Assembly (NCBI RefSeq): GCF_030144855.1
Contig: NC_082734.1
Location: 30,690,001-30,754,000, forward strand
Length of the DNA: 64,000 nucleotides
Direction: 5' to 3'
DNA from: Hypanus sabinus
Taxonomy: Eukaryota
How positions within the stretch are numbered: position 1 is the stretch's first letter; every line of letters starts with the position of its first letter. The notes under the pieces were generated by a model, which ran no database searches, was not told the origin of the DNA, and saw nothing but the letters and a program-made list of their open reading frames with translations. This document shows positions 49,001 to 63,008 of this stretch, piece by piece. The translations under genes were made by a program, and so were the position numbers.

Positions 49001-51325
49001 GTCTTGTCGGTATCCTGTCCTTGCCCCTGTGGGGTAAGTCAGGCTGGTCTTGCTGTCAACCTATGGTGTGATCTGTCCCTTCCTGCCCTTGCCTCCGGTG
49101 GGTAAGTCAGCTGTCCTTGCCGTTACCTTGAGGCTGGGCTGGGCACTTCCTTCGCTCTGAAGCCTTGCCGGTTACCTCACCTGCGTCCTTGCGTGTATTG
49201 CCGTCAAGTTCAGCAGCCGGAGTGAGACCGGAGCCTTGCCATGCCAACAGAAGGAACTATATATCGTTAAGCTTGGAACTGTCTCTTTGTGTCCCTGTGT
49301 TTAGTGTCCATGTATGAGTGCCGGTCCTATGTCCTATCCCCAGGAGGGGATCTGACTCTGTATAAAGCCCCGGCCCTACGTCCTGTTCCCAAAAAAGGAT
49401 CCTGGCTCTGTGTTCTGTGTTCCTGTGCTCTAGTCCTAGTCTGAGTGTTCCTGTGCTCAAGTCCGAGGTTCTGAGGAGGTTCCATTCCATGTCCAAGGCT
49501 CCAAGGAGGTTCCAGTCCATGACCAAGTCCAAGTCGTAGCCGAGGCCCTGATTCCTGGTCCCGTCCGGGGCGAGTGTCCATGTCTCCACGCTTCTGCTTT
49601 GCTCTCCCTCGACCTAGGCTCTGTGTTCCTGCTCTCCGTCGATCAAGACCAAGTCTGAGCTTCATGTCCTCGTCCAGGTCTGATCTTCAAGTCTTTGTTC
49701 ACCCCTGGAGTCCCGCATCCTGCCCCACGTCCAGTCCTGTTGCCTTGCCGCGTCCAGTCCTCAGCTAGATCCGGTGTCTGAGCCCGAGTCAAGACCCAGG
49801 TTCCGGGTCCGTGTCCCGTCTCTGGCTCGGATTCCTTGCCCAGGTTCCCAGTTCCTAGTTCCTCGTCAGGGTCCCACTTTCCTGCCCATGTCAGGTCCTA
49901 GCCCATGACCTGACACCGAGTCTTGTCCAGTGTCGTTTCTTCGCCACTTCCCTTGCTTTCTTGATACACCCAGTCCTCTCCCTAGTACTTCAGAGTCTGT
50001 GTCTTGCATTTGGGTCCATTCCCAACGCCCTCCTTATGACAATAATATGACTAGGAGTAGCAAACACGGATTGGTCAAGGGCAGGTCGTGCCTTACGAGC
50101 CTGATTGAATTTTTTTCAGGATGTGACTAAACACATTGAAGAAGGAAGAGCAGTAGATGTAGTGTGTATGGATTTCAGCAAGGCATTTGATAAGGTACCC
50201 CACGCAAAGCTTATTAAGGAAGTAAGGAGGCATGGGATCCAAGGGGACATTGCTTTGTGGATCCAGAACTGGCTTGCCCACAGAAGGCAAAGAGTGGTTG
50301 TAGACGTATCATAATCTGCCTGGAGTTTGGTCGCCAGTGGAGTGCCTCAGGGATCTGTTCTGGGACCCTTCCTCTTCGTGATCTTTATAAATGACCTGGA
50401 CGAGGAAGTGGAGGGATGGGGTAGTAGGTTTGCTGATGACACAAAGGTTGGAGGTGTTGCGGACAGTGTGGAGGGCTGTCAAAGGTACAGCGGGACAAGA
50501 ATAGGATGCAAAACTGGGCTGACAAGTGGCAGATGGAGCTCAATCCAGATATGTGTGAAGTGGTTCATTTCGGACGGTCAAATATGATGGCAGAATATTG
50601 TATTAATGGTAAGGCTCTTGACAGTGTGGAGGATCGGATGACTTGGGATCTGAGTCCATAGGACGCTCAAAGCAGTTGAGCAGATTGACTCTTTGGTTAA
50701 GAAACCATACGGTTTATTGGCCTTCATCAATCGTGGGATTGAGTTTAGGAGCCGAGGGGTAATGTTGCATCTATATAGGGTCAGATCCCACTTGGAGTAC
50801 TGTGCTCAGTTCTGGTCGCCTCACTACGGGAAGGATGCGGAAGAGATAGCAAGGGTGCAGAGGAGATTTACAAGGATGTTGCCTGGATTGGGGAGCATGC
50901 CTTGTGAGAATAGGTTGAGTGAACTTGGCCTTTTCTCTTTGGAGTGAAGGAGGATGAGAGGTGACCTGATAGAGGTGTACAGGATGATAAGAGGCATTGA
51001 TCGTGTGGATAGTCAGAGGCTTTTTCCCAGGGCTGAAATGGTTGCTGCCGCAAGAGGACACTGGTTTAAGGGGCTGGTGAGTAGGTACAGAGGAGATGTC
51101 GGGGCAAGTTTTTTACTCACAGTGGTGAGTGCGTGGAATGGGCCGCCGGTAACGATGCTGAGGCGGATACATTAGGGTCTTCTAAGAGCCTTTTCGATAG
51201 GTACATGGAGCTTCGAAAAATAGAGGGCTATATGTTAGCCTAGTAATTTCCGAGGTAGGGACATGATCGACACAAATTTGTGGGCCGAAGAGCCTGTATT
51301 CTGCTGTACGTTTTCTATCTTTCTA
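46068..51325 (+). mobile_element. Large CR1 copy, near full length, decayed
   Basis: Colinear with 17381-22737; ~100-bp deletion at ~48362. Confidence 0.92.
48827..50041 (+). mobile_element. Solo LTR copy
   Basis: TGTCAT...ATGACA; CTAAT/ATAAT flanks. Confidence 0.85.
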
Positions 51326-52774
51326 ATACCCTTTAGGGGAGGAAATCTGCCGTCCTTTCGACAGCCTCTGTGCAACTCCAGGCACAGTGGCGTGACGGAC
51401 CACTGCCGTTTGAAATGGGTTAGAAAGTCACTCCAGATGGACTGGGTATTGGGAGACATTGCTGGCAATTTGTACTTGTGATTCAGTATAGGTGCACGGT
51501 TTTTTCACATTGCCGTCTCGGCTTCGATAAGTTATGAACAGCGAACCGTCCATAGCCGGATGCGTTTCAAATTAAAACAGAACCCTGTCATATTCTGATG
51601 CCGTATTTGTACCGATCGGTGATAAAAATGGAAATTTAATTCACAGTCACTCTCATATCGGAATACTAACGTTCGGCGACCCTGCCGGTGAATGTAATTG
51701 TAATTAATGTGAATTAATTGCTTGTTTGTGTGTTTTTGGGATTAGTAACCCGATTCGTCGTCTTTTGCGCATTGGTTGCAGTCAGTCTTTGTTGGGTAGT
51801 TTATGTGCCTTTGTTTAGTGGGTTCCTGAAAGAAGAATTTCAAGACTGTGTATAGTGTACATAATTTGGTAATTTTACTCTGAAACATTACCTTGCTCTC
51901 AGGAAAGTGAAGTTCCGGGTTGAAAATGGTGACACGGGTGTACTCTGATAATAAATTTTCTCTTCAACTGTAAACTAAATTCACACAGTATAAGTGGATC
52001 AGGATCATGGTGTCTTTCTCACAGGCATATGTATATAGCAGTCCAAACATAAACTTTTATATAATGTTATTTTCCTCCTGGCTGAGTTTACAAATTTCAC
52101 AATTTTATTTGTTTTTCAATTATTTGCGTGATTTATCCTCTTGCACATTGGTTGGTCATCGGTCTTTAAGTATGGTTTCTGGTGGATTCAATTGTCTTTG
52201 TTTTGCGGGTTTCTGCAAGAAGAATTTCAAGGCTGTACATTGTCCACACTGTTTGATAATTTTACTTTGAACATTAAAATTAATTCGCCCAGTCTATTAT
52301 AAACGGATCAGGATCATGTGGCCCCATTCACAAACCGTGTAATATAAGTACACACACGAACTTTCGGACGGTTCTATAAAATTATCTTTCTCTTGGCGGA
52401 CGTTACAACTTTCACAATTTTAGCGGTCTGGCCGTCAGTTTTGGCGCTTCTCCTATTGCCTGTTCATTGGCGAATAAGGACGCTCTCTTTTCGGGCGTTT
52501 CCATCTGGGACTGAGAAATGAGATTAGGCAATTTACCGCCAATCAAGCACCGCTCTGCAGTCATCCAGAAGCAAAAAAAATATTAATTTTCGGTAATATA
52601 CGGGACGAGGATGGAGGCCAGGTTCAGAGAGCGCGCTCCGTCTGCAGATTAATATTATTTTCAGGGGAGGAAAAGCGCTTCAGACAGTGTGTAATAAACT
52701 AGGATTGACGCGCAGATGGAAAACACCCGAAGTCACCCCAGTCTGTATCAGCCCTTTTCTTAGACAATATGGGT

Positions 52775-52790
52775 GGCTCTGAAAAGAGCC
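52775..52790 (-). terminator. Histone stem-loop (H2A copy 6)
   Basis: GGCTCTTTTCAGAGCC ACCCA. Confidence 0.9.
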
Positions 52791-52820
52791 TTTGGGTCTT
52801 TTAACTGACGTTTCACATGT

Positions 52821-53213
52821 TTATTTGTCCTTGGGGTTGGCGGGTCCGCCGGATTTCTTGGGCAAAAGCACGGCCTGGATATTGGGCAGTACCCCGCCCT
52901 GAGCGATGGTCACCCCTCCCAGCAGCTTGTTGAGCTCCTCGTCGTTGCGGACGGCCAGCTGCAGGTGTCTGGGGATGATGCGGGTCTTCTTGTTGTCTCG
53001 GGCCGCGTTGCCGGCCAACTCGAGGATTTCAGCCGTCAGGTACTCGAGTACAGCAGCCAGGTAGACTGGGGCTCCGGCACCCACTCGTTCAGCATAATTA
53101 CCCTTTCTCAGGTGCCTGTGATCACGGCCCACCGGGAACTGCAGTCCGGACCGAGACGAGCGAGACTTGGGCTTGCTCTTAGCCTTACCACCGGTTTTCC
53201 CTCATCCACTCAT
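52821..53213 (-). pseudogene. H2A: H2A pseudogene (copy 6)
   Basis: TGA at codon 4 (53202-53204); A21S, V30D, G128D. Confidence 0.92.
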
Positions 53214-56200
53214 TTCCACACACTCCTGAACAGAGAATGAGAAGATTGTTCCACGTTCGCCGTTTTTATAGGTTCTGGGGGATTGCGGAGGGGCACTTAC
53301 GATTGGTGCTGCAGCACTTTCTCCAATTGCTGCTTTGGAATTAACCAATCAGCGAGTGTCCAATTCTCCAATGACCAGACGACAGCGGGAAAAGTGCGGA
53401 AAATGATTGTCAGTACCTAAAATTACCTGAAATTTTAAAAGCCCGCCAAGGGAAAAAAATTAAACTGTAGTTCAAACAAAGCTGTCAGCAATATCTGAGC
53501 GAGCATATACAGCCCACATGACCAGTCCTATTCTGTCCGCACGGAAAGTAAATTAATTATATCATAACTGTCTCTGGGAATGTATCCCTTTTTGTGAAAA
53601 CACATCACATCATCGAAAGGTCTCTTCACAAACTATGGTGGAAGCACAGAAACAGCGATATGAGAGTTAATTTATTCTCATACAGATTCAGGGCACTTAG
53701 GAAACAGTATAGTGGAGTAATTGAGAGGCTTTACTTCATAACTCGAATACAAACAACAGCAAACACATAAATCCTATTCAACCTCATTCATTGTCACCGA
53801 AAAGTTTCACTGAGACAAGTGATTGAAAATGGAGACCTTTCTTGGAAAGATAGAGCCATTTGGGGTTTCAGCAACCTTTGGTGATATACTTGGAGCTGGT
53901 GTATTGTTCATCTTCTTTGTCCCTTCAAACACGGTGCTGTAGTCTTTGCCAGACTGCTACAGTATCCAGAACTCCAGCAATCTTGGTATCATCCACAAAT
54001 TAACTAACCCGCCCTTCTACTTTTTACACAGGCCTCTTATATACATCACAGATCCCTGCAGACCTCCACTATTTACAGACCTCCTGCTCGAATCGGTCCC
54101 TTCAACCATGACCCACTGTCTTCCAGTGGCAAGCCAATTCTGATTCCAAACAGACAATTCGCGGCAGATCCCATGCATCTAAATCTTCTGGATTCATCTC
54201 CCATGAGGGAATTCGTCAAACGCCTTTGTCCATGTACACAATATCTACTGCCTTACTCTCATCAGTCTCTCTTGTTACCTAGTCAAACTCAGTCAATTTA
54301 GTCAAGCACAGCCTGACATGCTCAAAGCGATATTGGCTCTCACCAACTAGGCCATGAGTTTCCAAATGTTCATATATGCTGTCGCTAAGAGGCTTCTCCA
54401 GCAATTTTCCAACAACTGAAGTGAGACTCATCAGTTTATAGTTCCCAGGATTTTCTCCTATTCCCTTCTTAAATGGAGGTACAACATTGGACACTCACCA
54501 GTCCTTCAGGGTCTCTCCTGGTTCTAGATTACCCTGGAAACGCTGGAAATAATTGCCAGATGTAGCGTGTTATGGTAGTGTTTCAGCATTTTCTATTTTT
54601 ATTTTAGATTTTCAGTATTTGTAAATTTTTTTAATGTTCACGTTTCTACAACTGGTTTTAGTAAAGATCTATTTCCTACAGTACGATGCTGAGGAAGTTT
54701 ATCAGAGAGAGTTACAGCGTAATACTGGGATTGCCCAGCTCCGGGCCATCAGTGGTCTTTTTTCTTAAATCCCCAACCTGGTATTAAGGAGTGGTGTGTT
54801 GTATTGGTCTGTGTCCTCACTGGCCGGTCCTGTGTTATGGCAGCTCAGTGTACTTGGAATACAGTGCCAGTGTCTTAACAGCAGTGTGTCCTTACTTAAC
54901 AAACTAAGATTGTCCATTCTGAACTCTAAACGTGGGTGGGATGTGATACGAGGGAATATATGGCCACAAGAGACCATTTGAATCACCCAGTAGGTGCTAT
55001 CACCATGTACAACACACTCATCAGTCCTGTGCCCCACTCACTCCTAACCACTCTGCAGGTCGTTTCCCCTGAAAGACCCCTGCAGACAGTGTCCCACATG
55101 AGAACCACACTCAGAGGAATTCAAGACAACAGGAGCAGGAGTTCCCACCTGGCACCTCACCCCTTTCCCACTACCCAATGTGATCATGGATCTGTCCCAG
55201 GCCTCAGCTCCTCTTCTATACCAGTTGCACATACCCTCAAATCCCTGGTCTTTCCAAATTGTATCACCCTCCTCTTTAATTTCCTCCAGTGAACCATCCT
55301 CCAAGTTTTCCTCACCCTTTGCAAGACTTTCCTGCACTTCAACTTTAAATGACCACTCCCTCACCTGTGTCCCACCATTCCAGCTTCAGCCACTGCTAGA
55401 AACATCACAACATCTCCCTGTCAACACCTCTTAGGGACCTTGTGAGGTTCAAGAAAGTCACTACTCATCTTTCTAAACCCTGAAGGTCTTGGATCTGATT
55501 TCTTTGGAATTTTGTAATAAAACAACTCTGTCATCCCTGGAATTGTCCTGTTGAATCCATTGAGTGATCTGTTCTTCAGTGAGGGGACCAGAACTGTCCC
55601 CAGCCCTCCAGTGTGACCTCAACAACTCCCTGTCAAACGAAAACATAATTCCCTATTTCTAATTTCCAACCCACCTTTAATAAAGACCAATGTACTATTT
55701 CCCTCTCACTAGACAAGATTAAATTCCATCTGCCATTCCTCTGCCTGGATATCCAGATGATGAAGACCATGTCATGTCTAAGACAATCCTCCTCACTATC
55801 TTCACATCAGCAGATTTTTTGTATCGTGCTGATCTCACCAACTACATTAACATCCAAGTTGTTGATGTCTACCAGAAACAGAAAGGATCCTAGCCCCAAT
55901 CGACGTGACACACCACACCACTGGTCACCAACGTAGAGTGAGAACAACAACTCTCCACCACTACCCTGTGCCTCCCATAAGCCAAGCTGCTTTTAGACCC
56001 AGTTTGCTCTTCACTTTGTATCTCATGGGTTCTGATCATTTGGACCAGACTCGCATGCCTGAAATGCAAAGGCCTCAGATAAGTCTATGTAAACAACACT
56101 GCCCTCATCAGCATACTGTACTTACTTTCAACTTCTAAACATTTAGTGTGTGGGGGCCCAAAGGCAGTCGGCACCACAGCAGACTACCTGCGTTGGATTA

Positions 56201-56256
56201 AACGGTTAGTCCATTGTTGTCAGTACTGGCCTGATGTGAAAACCCATCAAGATCAA

Positions 56257-59200
56257 GTAGGCGCAGAGTAAACTGCTAATTTTTCAGAGCAAAGTGAGAT
56301 TTTTAACACTGGGGTAAAAGAGGGGCGAGACTGCGCAGGCGCATGACATCAGCCAGTAAAGCACGAAAGTTTTTAAATGAAGATCGCTGTATCCAGCGGA
56401 CAACGGAGTGAGAGGCAGCAGAGTGGTAGGGCTTTGGCTCAATGGGCTTATGCGGTATTGGGACAAGGCAAGGTAGGAAGCATGTGTGCGAGGCCAGTTT
56501 TCTGTGCGCAGTGTCAGATGTGGGGGATCCTGGAGTCTCCCAGCCTCCCGGACGGCCATGTCCGCACCAGGTGTGTTGAGCTGCAGCTCCTGAGGGAACC
56601 GAGTTGGGGAACTGGATATGCAGGTCGATGACCTTCGCCTGGTCAGGGAAGCAAGGAGGTGATAGAGAGGAGTTATAGGCCGGTGGTCACACCGGGGTCA
56701 CAGGAGACAGACAAGTCGGTTACGTTCCGGAGGGGGAAGGTAAATATTCAGGTACTACAGAGTATCCCTGTGTCTGAACCCCTTGACAAGAAGTACTCCT
56801 GTTATACTGTAGGGGGGACAGCCTACCTAGGGGAATCGGCAGTGGCCATGCCTCTGGCACGGAGTCTGGCCCTGTGGCTAAGAAGGGCAGGGAAGGGAAG
56901 AGGAAGGCAGTAGTGACAGGGGACTCTATAGTTAAGGGGTCAGACAGGCGATTCTGTGGATGCAGGAACGAAACTCGGATGGCAGTTTGCCTCCCAGGTG
57001 CCAGGGTCCGGGATTTTCGGATCGCATCCAAAATATCCTGCCGTGGGAACGTGAACAGCCAGAGGTCGTGGTAAAAATTGGTACCGGTTACGTAGGTAGG
57101 AAAAGGGAAGAGGTCCTGAAGAAAGACTACAGGGAGGTTGGAAGGAAGTTGAAAAGCTGGACGGCAAATGTAGTCATCTCGGTATTACTGACTGTGCCAC
57201 GCGGCAGTGAGAATAGGAATACAATGAGGTGGAGGATAAATGTGTGGCTGGGGGATTTGAGCAGGGGGCAGGGCTTCAGATTTCTGGATGATTGGGAGTT
57301 CTTTTGGAGCAGGTGTGACCTGTACAAAAAGGATGGGTTGTACTTTCGCAGGGAGACCAATATCCTGGCAGGGAGGTTTGCTAAGGCCAATGGGGACAAT
57401 TTAAACTAGAATTGTTGAGGGTTGGGAACAGAACTGAAGAGACTGAGGAAGAAGAGGTTAGCTCACAAATAGAGAAAGCTCGTAGACAGTGCGAGAAGGA
57501 GGATAGGCAGATGATAGAGATAGATAATCTCAGACTAGAGGCTTGAGATGTGTCTATTTTAATGCAAGGTGTGTTGTGAACAAAGCGAATGAGCTTAGAG
57601 CGTGGATCAGTACTTGGAGATATGATGTGGTGGCCATTACAGAGACTTGGATGCCTCAGGGACAGGATTGGTTACTTCAAGTGCCGGGTTTTGGATGTTT
57701 CATAAAGGACATAAAGGGAAGCAAAAGATGTAGGGTCGTGGCACTGCTGATCAGAGATAGTGTCATGGCTGCAGAAAATATGGACGCCATGAAAGGATTG
57801 TATACGGAGTCTCTGTGGGTGGAGCTTTGGAAAAGGAAGGGGTCAATAACTTTACTGGATGATTTTTGTAGGCTGCCCAATAGCAACTGAGTTATTAAGG
57901 AGCAGTTAAGGAAACAGTTCCTGGGAAGGTGTAATAACAACAGAGTTGTCATGATGGGAGATTTTAATTTCCCAAATATCAATTGGCATCTCCCTAGAGC
58001 AATGGTTTAAATGGGGTGGAGTTTGTTTGGTGTGTTCAGGAAGGTGTCTTGACACAGTATGTAGATATGCCTACAAGAGGAGAGGCTGTACTTGATTTGG
58101 TATTGGGAAATGAACCTGGTCAGATGTCAGATCTCTCGGTGGGAGAGCATTTTGGAGATAGTGATCATAATTCCATCTCCTTTATAACAGCATTGGAGAG
58201 GGACAGGAACAGACAAGTTAGAAAAGCGTTTAATTTGAGTAAGGGGAATTATGAGGCTATCAGACTGGAAATTGGAGGCTTACATTGGAAACAGATGTTC
58301 TCAAGGAAAAGTACCTAAGAAATGTGGCAAATATTCAGAGGATATCTGTGTACAGTTCTGTATAGGTACTTTCCAATGAGACAGGGAAGTTATTGTAGGG
58401 TACAGGAACCGTGGTGTACAAAAGCTGTAATAGATATAATCAAGAAGAAATGAAAAGCTTACAAAAGGTTCAGGGAGCCAGTTAATGTTAGAGATCTAGA
58501 AGATTATAAGGCTACTAGAACTGAGCTGCAAAAGGAAATTAGGAGAGCCAGACAGTGTGACAGTGTGACAGTGCGAAAGTGTGTATGGAACCGACGGAAA
58601 TAGAAGTGGTACTGAATGAATACTTTACTTCAGTATTCACTATGGAAAAGGATCTTAGTGATGACTTGCAGCAGACTGAAAAGCTTGAGCATGTATATAT
58701 TAAGAAAGAGGATGTGCTGGAGCATTTGGAAATCATCAAGTTGGATAAGTTGCCGGGACCGGACGAAATGTACCCGAGACTACGGTGGGAGGCGAGGGAG
58801 GAGATTGCTGAGCCTCTGATGATGATCTTTGCGTCATCAGTGGGGACAGGAGAGGTTCCAGAGGATTGGAGGGTTGTGAACGTTGTACCTTTATTCAAGT
58901 AAGGGAATAGAGATAGCCCAGGAAATTATAGAACAGTGAGTCTTACCTCAGTGGTTGGTAACTGATGGAGAAGATCCTGAGAAGCAAGATTTATGAACAT
59001 CTGGAGAGGTCTAATTGTCATGGTCCAGTCCGTGAAGACCGCGTTCTGGTTCATGGTCCGGTCCATTAAGTCCAGACTCGGGGTCTTCTAGCTTTCCGTT
59101 GTTTCATTCGGGCTTAATCATAGGCACCTGATTCTCATATTGGGACCTGGAATATAAGTGGCCCTGGGTTCGAGTGCAGATGTTGGTTTGTCTTGTCGGT

Positions 59201-61514
59201 ATCCTGTCCTTGCCCCTGTGGGGTAAGTCAGGCTGGTCTTGCTGTCAACCTATGGTGTGATCTGTCCCTTCCTGCCCTTGCCTCCGGTGGGTAAGTCAGC
59301 TGTCCTTGCCGTTACCTTGAGGCTGGGCTGGGCACTTCCTTCGCTCTGAAGCCTTGCCGGTTACCTCACCTGCGTCCTTGCGTGTATTGCCGTCAAGTTC
59401 AGCAGCCGGAGTGAGACCGGAGCCTTGCCATGCCAACAGAAGGAACTATATATCGTTAAGCTTGGAACTGTCTCTTTGTGTCCCTGTGTTTAGTGTCCAT
59501 GTATGAGTGCCGGTCCTATGTCCTATCCCCAGGAGGGGATCTGACTCTGTATAAAGCCCCGGCCCTACGTCCTGTTCCCAAAAAAGGATCCTGGCTCTGT
59601 GTTCTGTGTTCCTGTGCTCTAGTCCTAGTCTGAGTGTTCCTGTGCTCAAGTCCGAGGTTCTGAGGAGGTTCCATTCCATGTCCAAGGCTCCAAGGAGGTT
59701 TCAGTCCATGACCAAGTCCAAGTCGTAGCCGAGGCCCTGATTCCTGGTCCCGTCCGGGGCGAGTGTCCATGTCTCCACGCTTCTGCTTTGCTCTCCCTCG
59801 ACCTAGGCTCTGTGTTCCTGCTCTCCGTCGATCAAGACCAAGTCTGAGCTTCATGTCCTCGTCCAGGTCTGATCTTCAAGTCTTTGTTCACCCCTGGAGT
59901 CCCGCATCCTGCCCCACGTCCAGTCCTGTTGCCTTGCCGCGTCCAGTCCTCAGCTAGATCCGGTGTCTGAGCCCGAGTCAAGACCCAGGTTCCGGGTCCG
60001 TGTCCCGTCTCTGGCTCGGATTCCTTGCCCAGGTTCCCAGTTCCTAGTTCCTCGTCAAGGTCCCACTTTCCTGCCCATGTCAGGTCCTAGCCCATGACCT
60101 GACACCGAGTCTTGTCCAGTGTCGTTTCTTCGCCACTTCCCTTGCTTTCTTGATACACCCAGTCCTCTCCCTAGTACTTCAGAGTCTGTGTCTTGCATTT
60201 GGGTCCATTCCCAACGCCCTCCTTATGACAATAATATGACTAGGAGTAGCAAACACGGATTGGTCAAGGGCAGGTCGTGCCTTACGAGCCTGATTGAATT
60301 TTTTTCAGGATGTGACTAAACACATTGAAGAAGGAAGAGCAGTAGATGTAGTGTGTATGGATTTCAGCAAGGCATTTGATAAGGTACCCCACGCAAAGCT
60401 TATTAAGGAAGTAAGGAGGCATGGGATCCAAGGGGACATTGCTTTGTGGATCCAGAACTGGCTTGCCCACAGAAGGCAAAGAGTGGTTGTAGACGTATCA
60501 TAATCTGCCTGGAGTTTGGTCGCCAGTGGAGTGCCTCAGGGATCTGTTCTGGGACCCTTCCTCTTCGTGATCTTTATAAATGACCTGGACGAGGAAGTGG
60601 AGGGATGGGGTAGTAGGTTTGCTGATGACACAAAGGTTGGAGGTGTTGTGGACAGTGTGGAGGGCTGTCAAAGGTACAGCGGGACAAGAATAGGATGCAA
60701 AACTGGGCTGACAAGTGGCAGATGGAGCTCAATCCAGATATGTGTGAAGTGGTTCATTTCGGACGGTCAAATATGATGGCAGAATATTGTATTAATGGTA
60801 AGGCTCTTGACAGTGTGGAGGATCGGATGACTTGGGATCTGAGTCCATAGGACGCTCAAAGCAGTTGAGCAGATTGACTCTTTGGTTAAGAAACCATACG
60901 GTTTATTGGCCTTCATCAATCGTGGGATTGAGTTTAGGAGCCGAGGGGTAATGTTGCATCTATATAGGGTCAGATCCCACTTGGAGTACTGTGCTCAGTT
61001 CTGGTCGCCTCACTACGGGAAGGATGCGGAAGAGATAGCAAGGGTGCAGAGGAGATTTACAAGGATGTTGCCTGGATTGGGGAGCATGCCTTGTGAGAAT
61101 AGGTTGAGTGAACTTGGCCTTTTCTCTTTGGAGTGAAGGAGGATGAGAGGTGACCTGATAGAGGTGTACAGGATGATAAGAGGCATTGATCGTGTGGATA
61201 GTCAGAGGCTTTTTCCCAGGGCTGAAATGGTTGCTGCCGCAAGAGGACACTGGTTTAAGGGGCTGGTGAGTAGGTACAGAGGAGATGTCGGGGCAAGTTT
61301 TTTACTCACAGTGGTGAGTGCGTGGAATGGGCCGCCGGTAACGATGCTGAGGCGGATACATTAGGGTCTTCTAAGAGCCTTTTCGATAGGTACATGGAGC
61401 TTCGAAAAATAGAGGGCTATATGTTAGCCTAGTAATTTCCGAGGTAGGGACATGATCGACACAAATTTGTGGGCCGAAGAGCCTGTATTCTGCTGTACGT
61501 TTTCTATCTTTCTA
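56257..61514 (+). mobile_element. Large CR1 copy, almost identical to 46068-51325
   Basis: Constant offset of 10189 bp; nearly all ORF translations identical. Confidence 0.92.
59016..60230 (+). mobile_element. Solo LTR copy
   Basis: TGTCAT...ATGACA; CTAAT/ATAAT flanks. Confidence 0.85.
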
Positions 61515-62962
61515 ATACCCTTTAGGGGAGGAAATCTGCCGTCCTTTCGACAGCCTCTGTGCAACTCCAGGCACAGTGGCGTGACGGACCACTGCCGTTT
61601 GAAATGGGTTAGAAAGTCACTCCAGATGGACTGGGTATTGGGAGACATTGCTGGCAATTTGTACTTGTGATTCAGTATAGGTGCACGGTTTTTTCACATT
61701 GCCGTCTCGGCTTCGATAAGTTATGAACAGCGAACCGTCCATAGCCGGATGCGTTTCAAATTAAAACAGAACCCTGTCATATTCTGATGCCGTATTTGTA
61801 CCGATCGGTGATAAAAATGGAAATTTAATTCACAGTCACTCTCATATCGGAATACTAACGTTCGGCGACCCTGCCGGTGAATGTAATTGTAATTAATGTG
61901 AATTAATTGCTTGTTTGTGTGTTTTTGGGATTAGTAACCCGATTCGTCGTCTTTTGCGCATTGGTTGCAGTCAGTCTTTGTTGGGTAGTTTATGTGCCTT
62001 TGTTTAGTGGGTTCCTGAAAGAAGAATTTCAAGACTGTGTATAGTGTACATAATTTGGTAATTTTACTCTGAAACATTACCTTGCTCTCAGGAAAGTGAA
62101 GTTCCGGGTTGAAAATGGTGACACGGGTGTACTCTGATAATAAATTTTCTCTTCAACTGTAAACTAAATTCACACAGTATAAGTGGATCAGGATCATGGT
62201 GTCTTTCTCACAGGCATATGTATATAGCAGTCCAAACATAAACTTTTATATAAAGTTATTTTCCTCCTGGCTGAGTTTACAAATTTCACAATTTTATTTG
62301 TTTTTCAATTATTTGCGTGATTTATCCTCCTGCACATTGGTTGGTCATCGGTCTTTAAGTATGGTTTCTGGTGGATTCAATTGTCTTTGTTTTGCGGGTT
62401 TCTGCAAGAAGAATTTCAAGGCTGTACATTGTCCACACTGTTTGATAATTTTACTTTGAACATTAAAATTAATTCGCCCAGTCTATTATAAACGGATCAG
62501 GATCATGTGGCCCCATTCACAAACCGTGTAATATAAGTACACACACGAACTTTCGGACGGTTCTATAAAATTATCTTTCTCTTGGCGGACGTTACAACTT
62601 TCACAATTTTAGCGGTCTGGCCGTCAGTTTTGGCGCTTCTCCTATTGCCTGTTCATTGGCGATTAAGGACGCTCTCTTTTTGGGCGTTTCCATCTGGGAC
62701 TGAGAAATGAGATTAGGCAATTTACCGCCAATCAAGCACCGCTCTGCAGTCATCCAGAAGCAAAAAAATATTAATTTTCAGTAATATACGGGACGATGAT
62801 GGAGGCCAGGTTCAGAGAGCGCGCTCCGTCTGCAGATTAATATTATTTTCAGGGGAGGAAAAGCGTTTCAGACAGTGTGTAATAAACTAGGATTGACGCG
62901 CAGATGGAAAACACCCGGAGTCTCCCCAGTCTGTATCAGCCCTTTCTGTAGACAATATAGGT

Positions 62963-62978
62963 GGCTCTGAAAAGAACC
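62963..62978 (-). terminator. Histone stem-loop variant (H2A copy 7)
   Basis: GGTTCTTTTCAGAGCC, same variant as copy 3. Confidence 0.85.
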
Positions 62979-63008
62979 TTTGGGTCTTTTAACTGACGTT
63001 TCACATGT

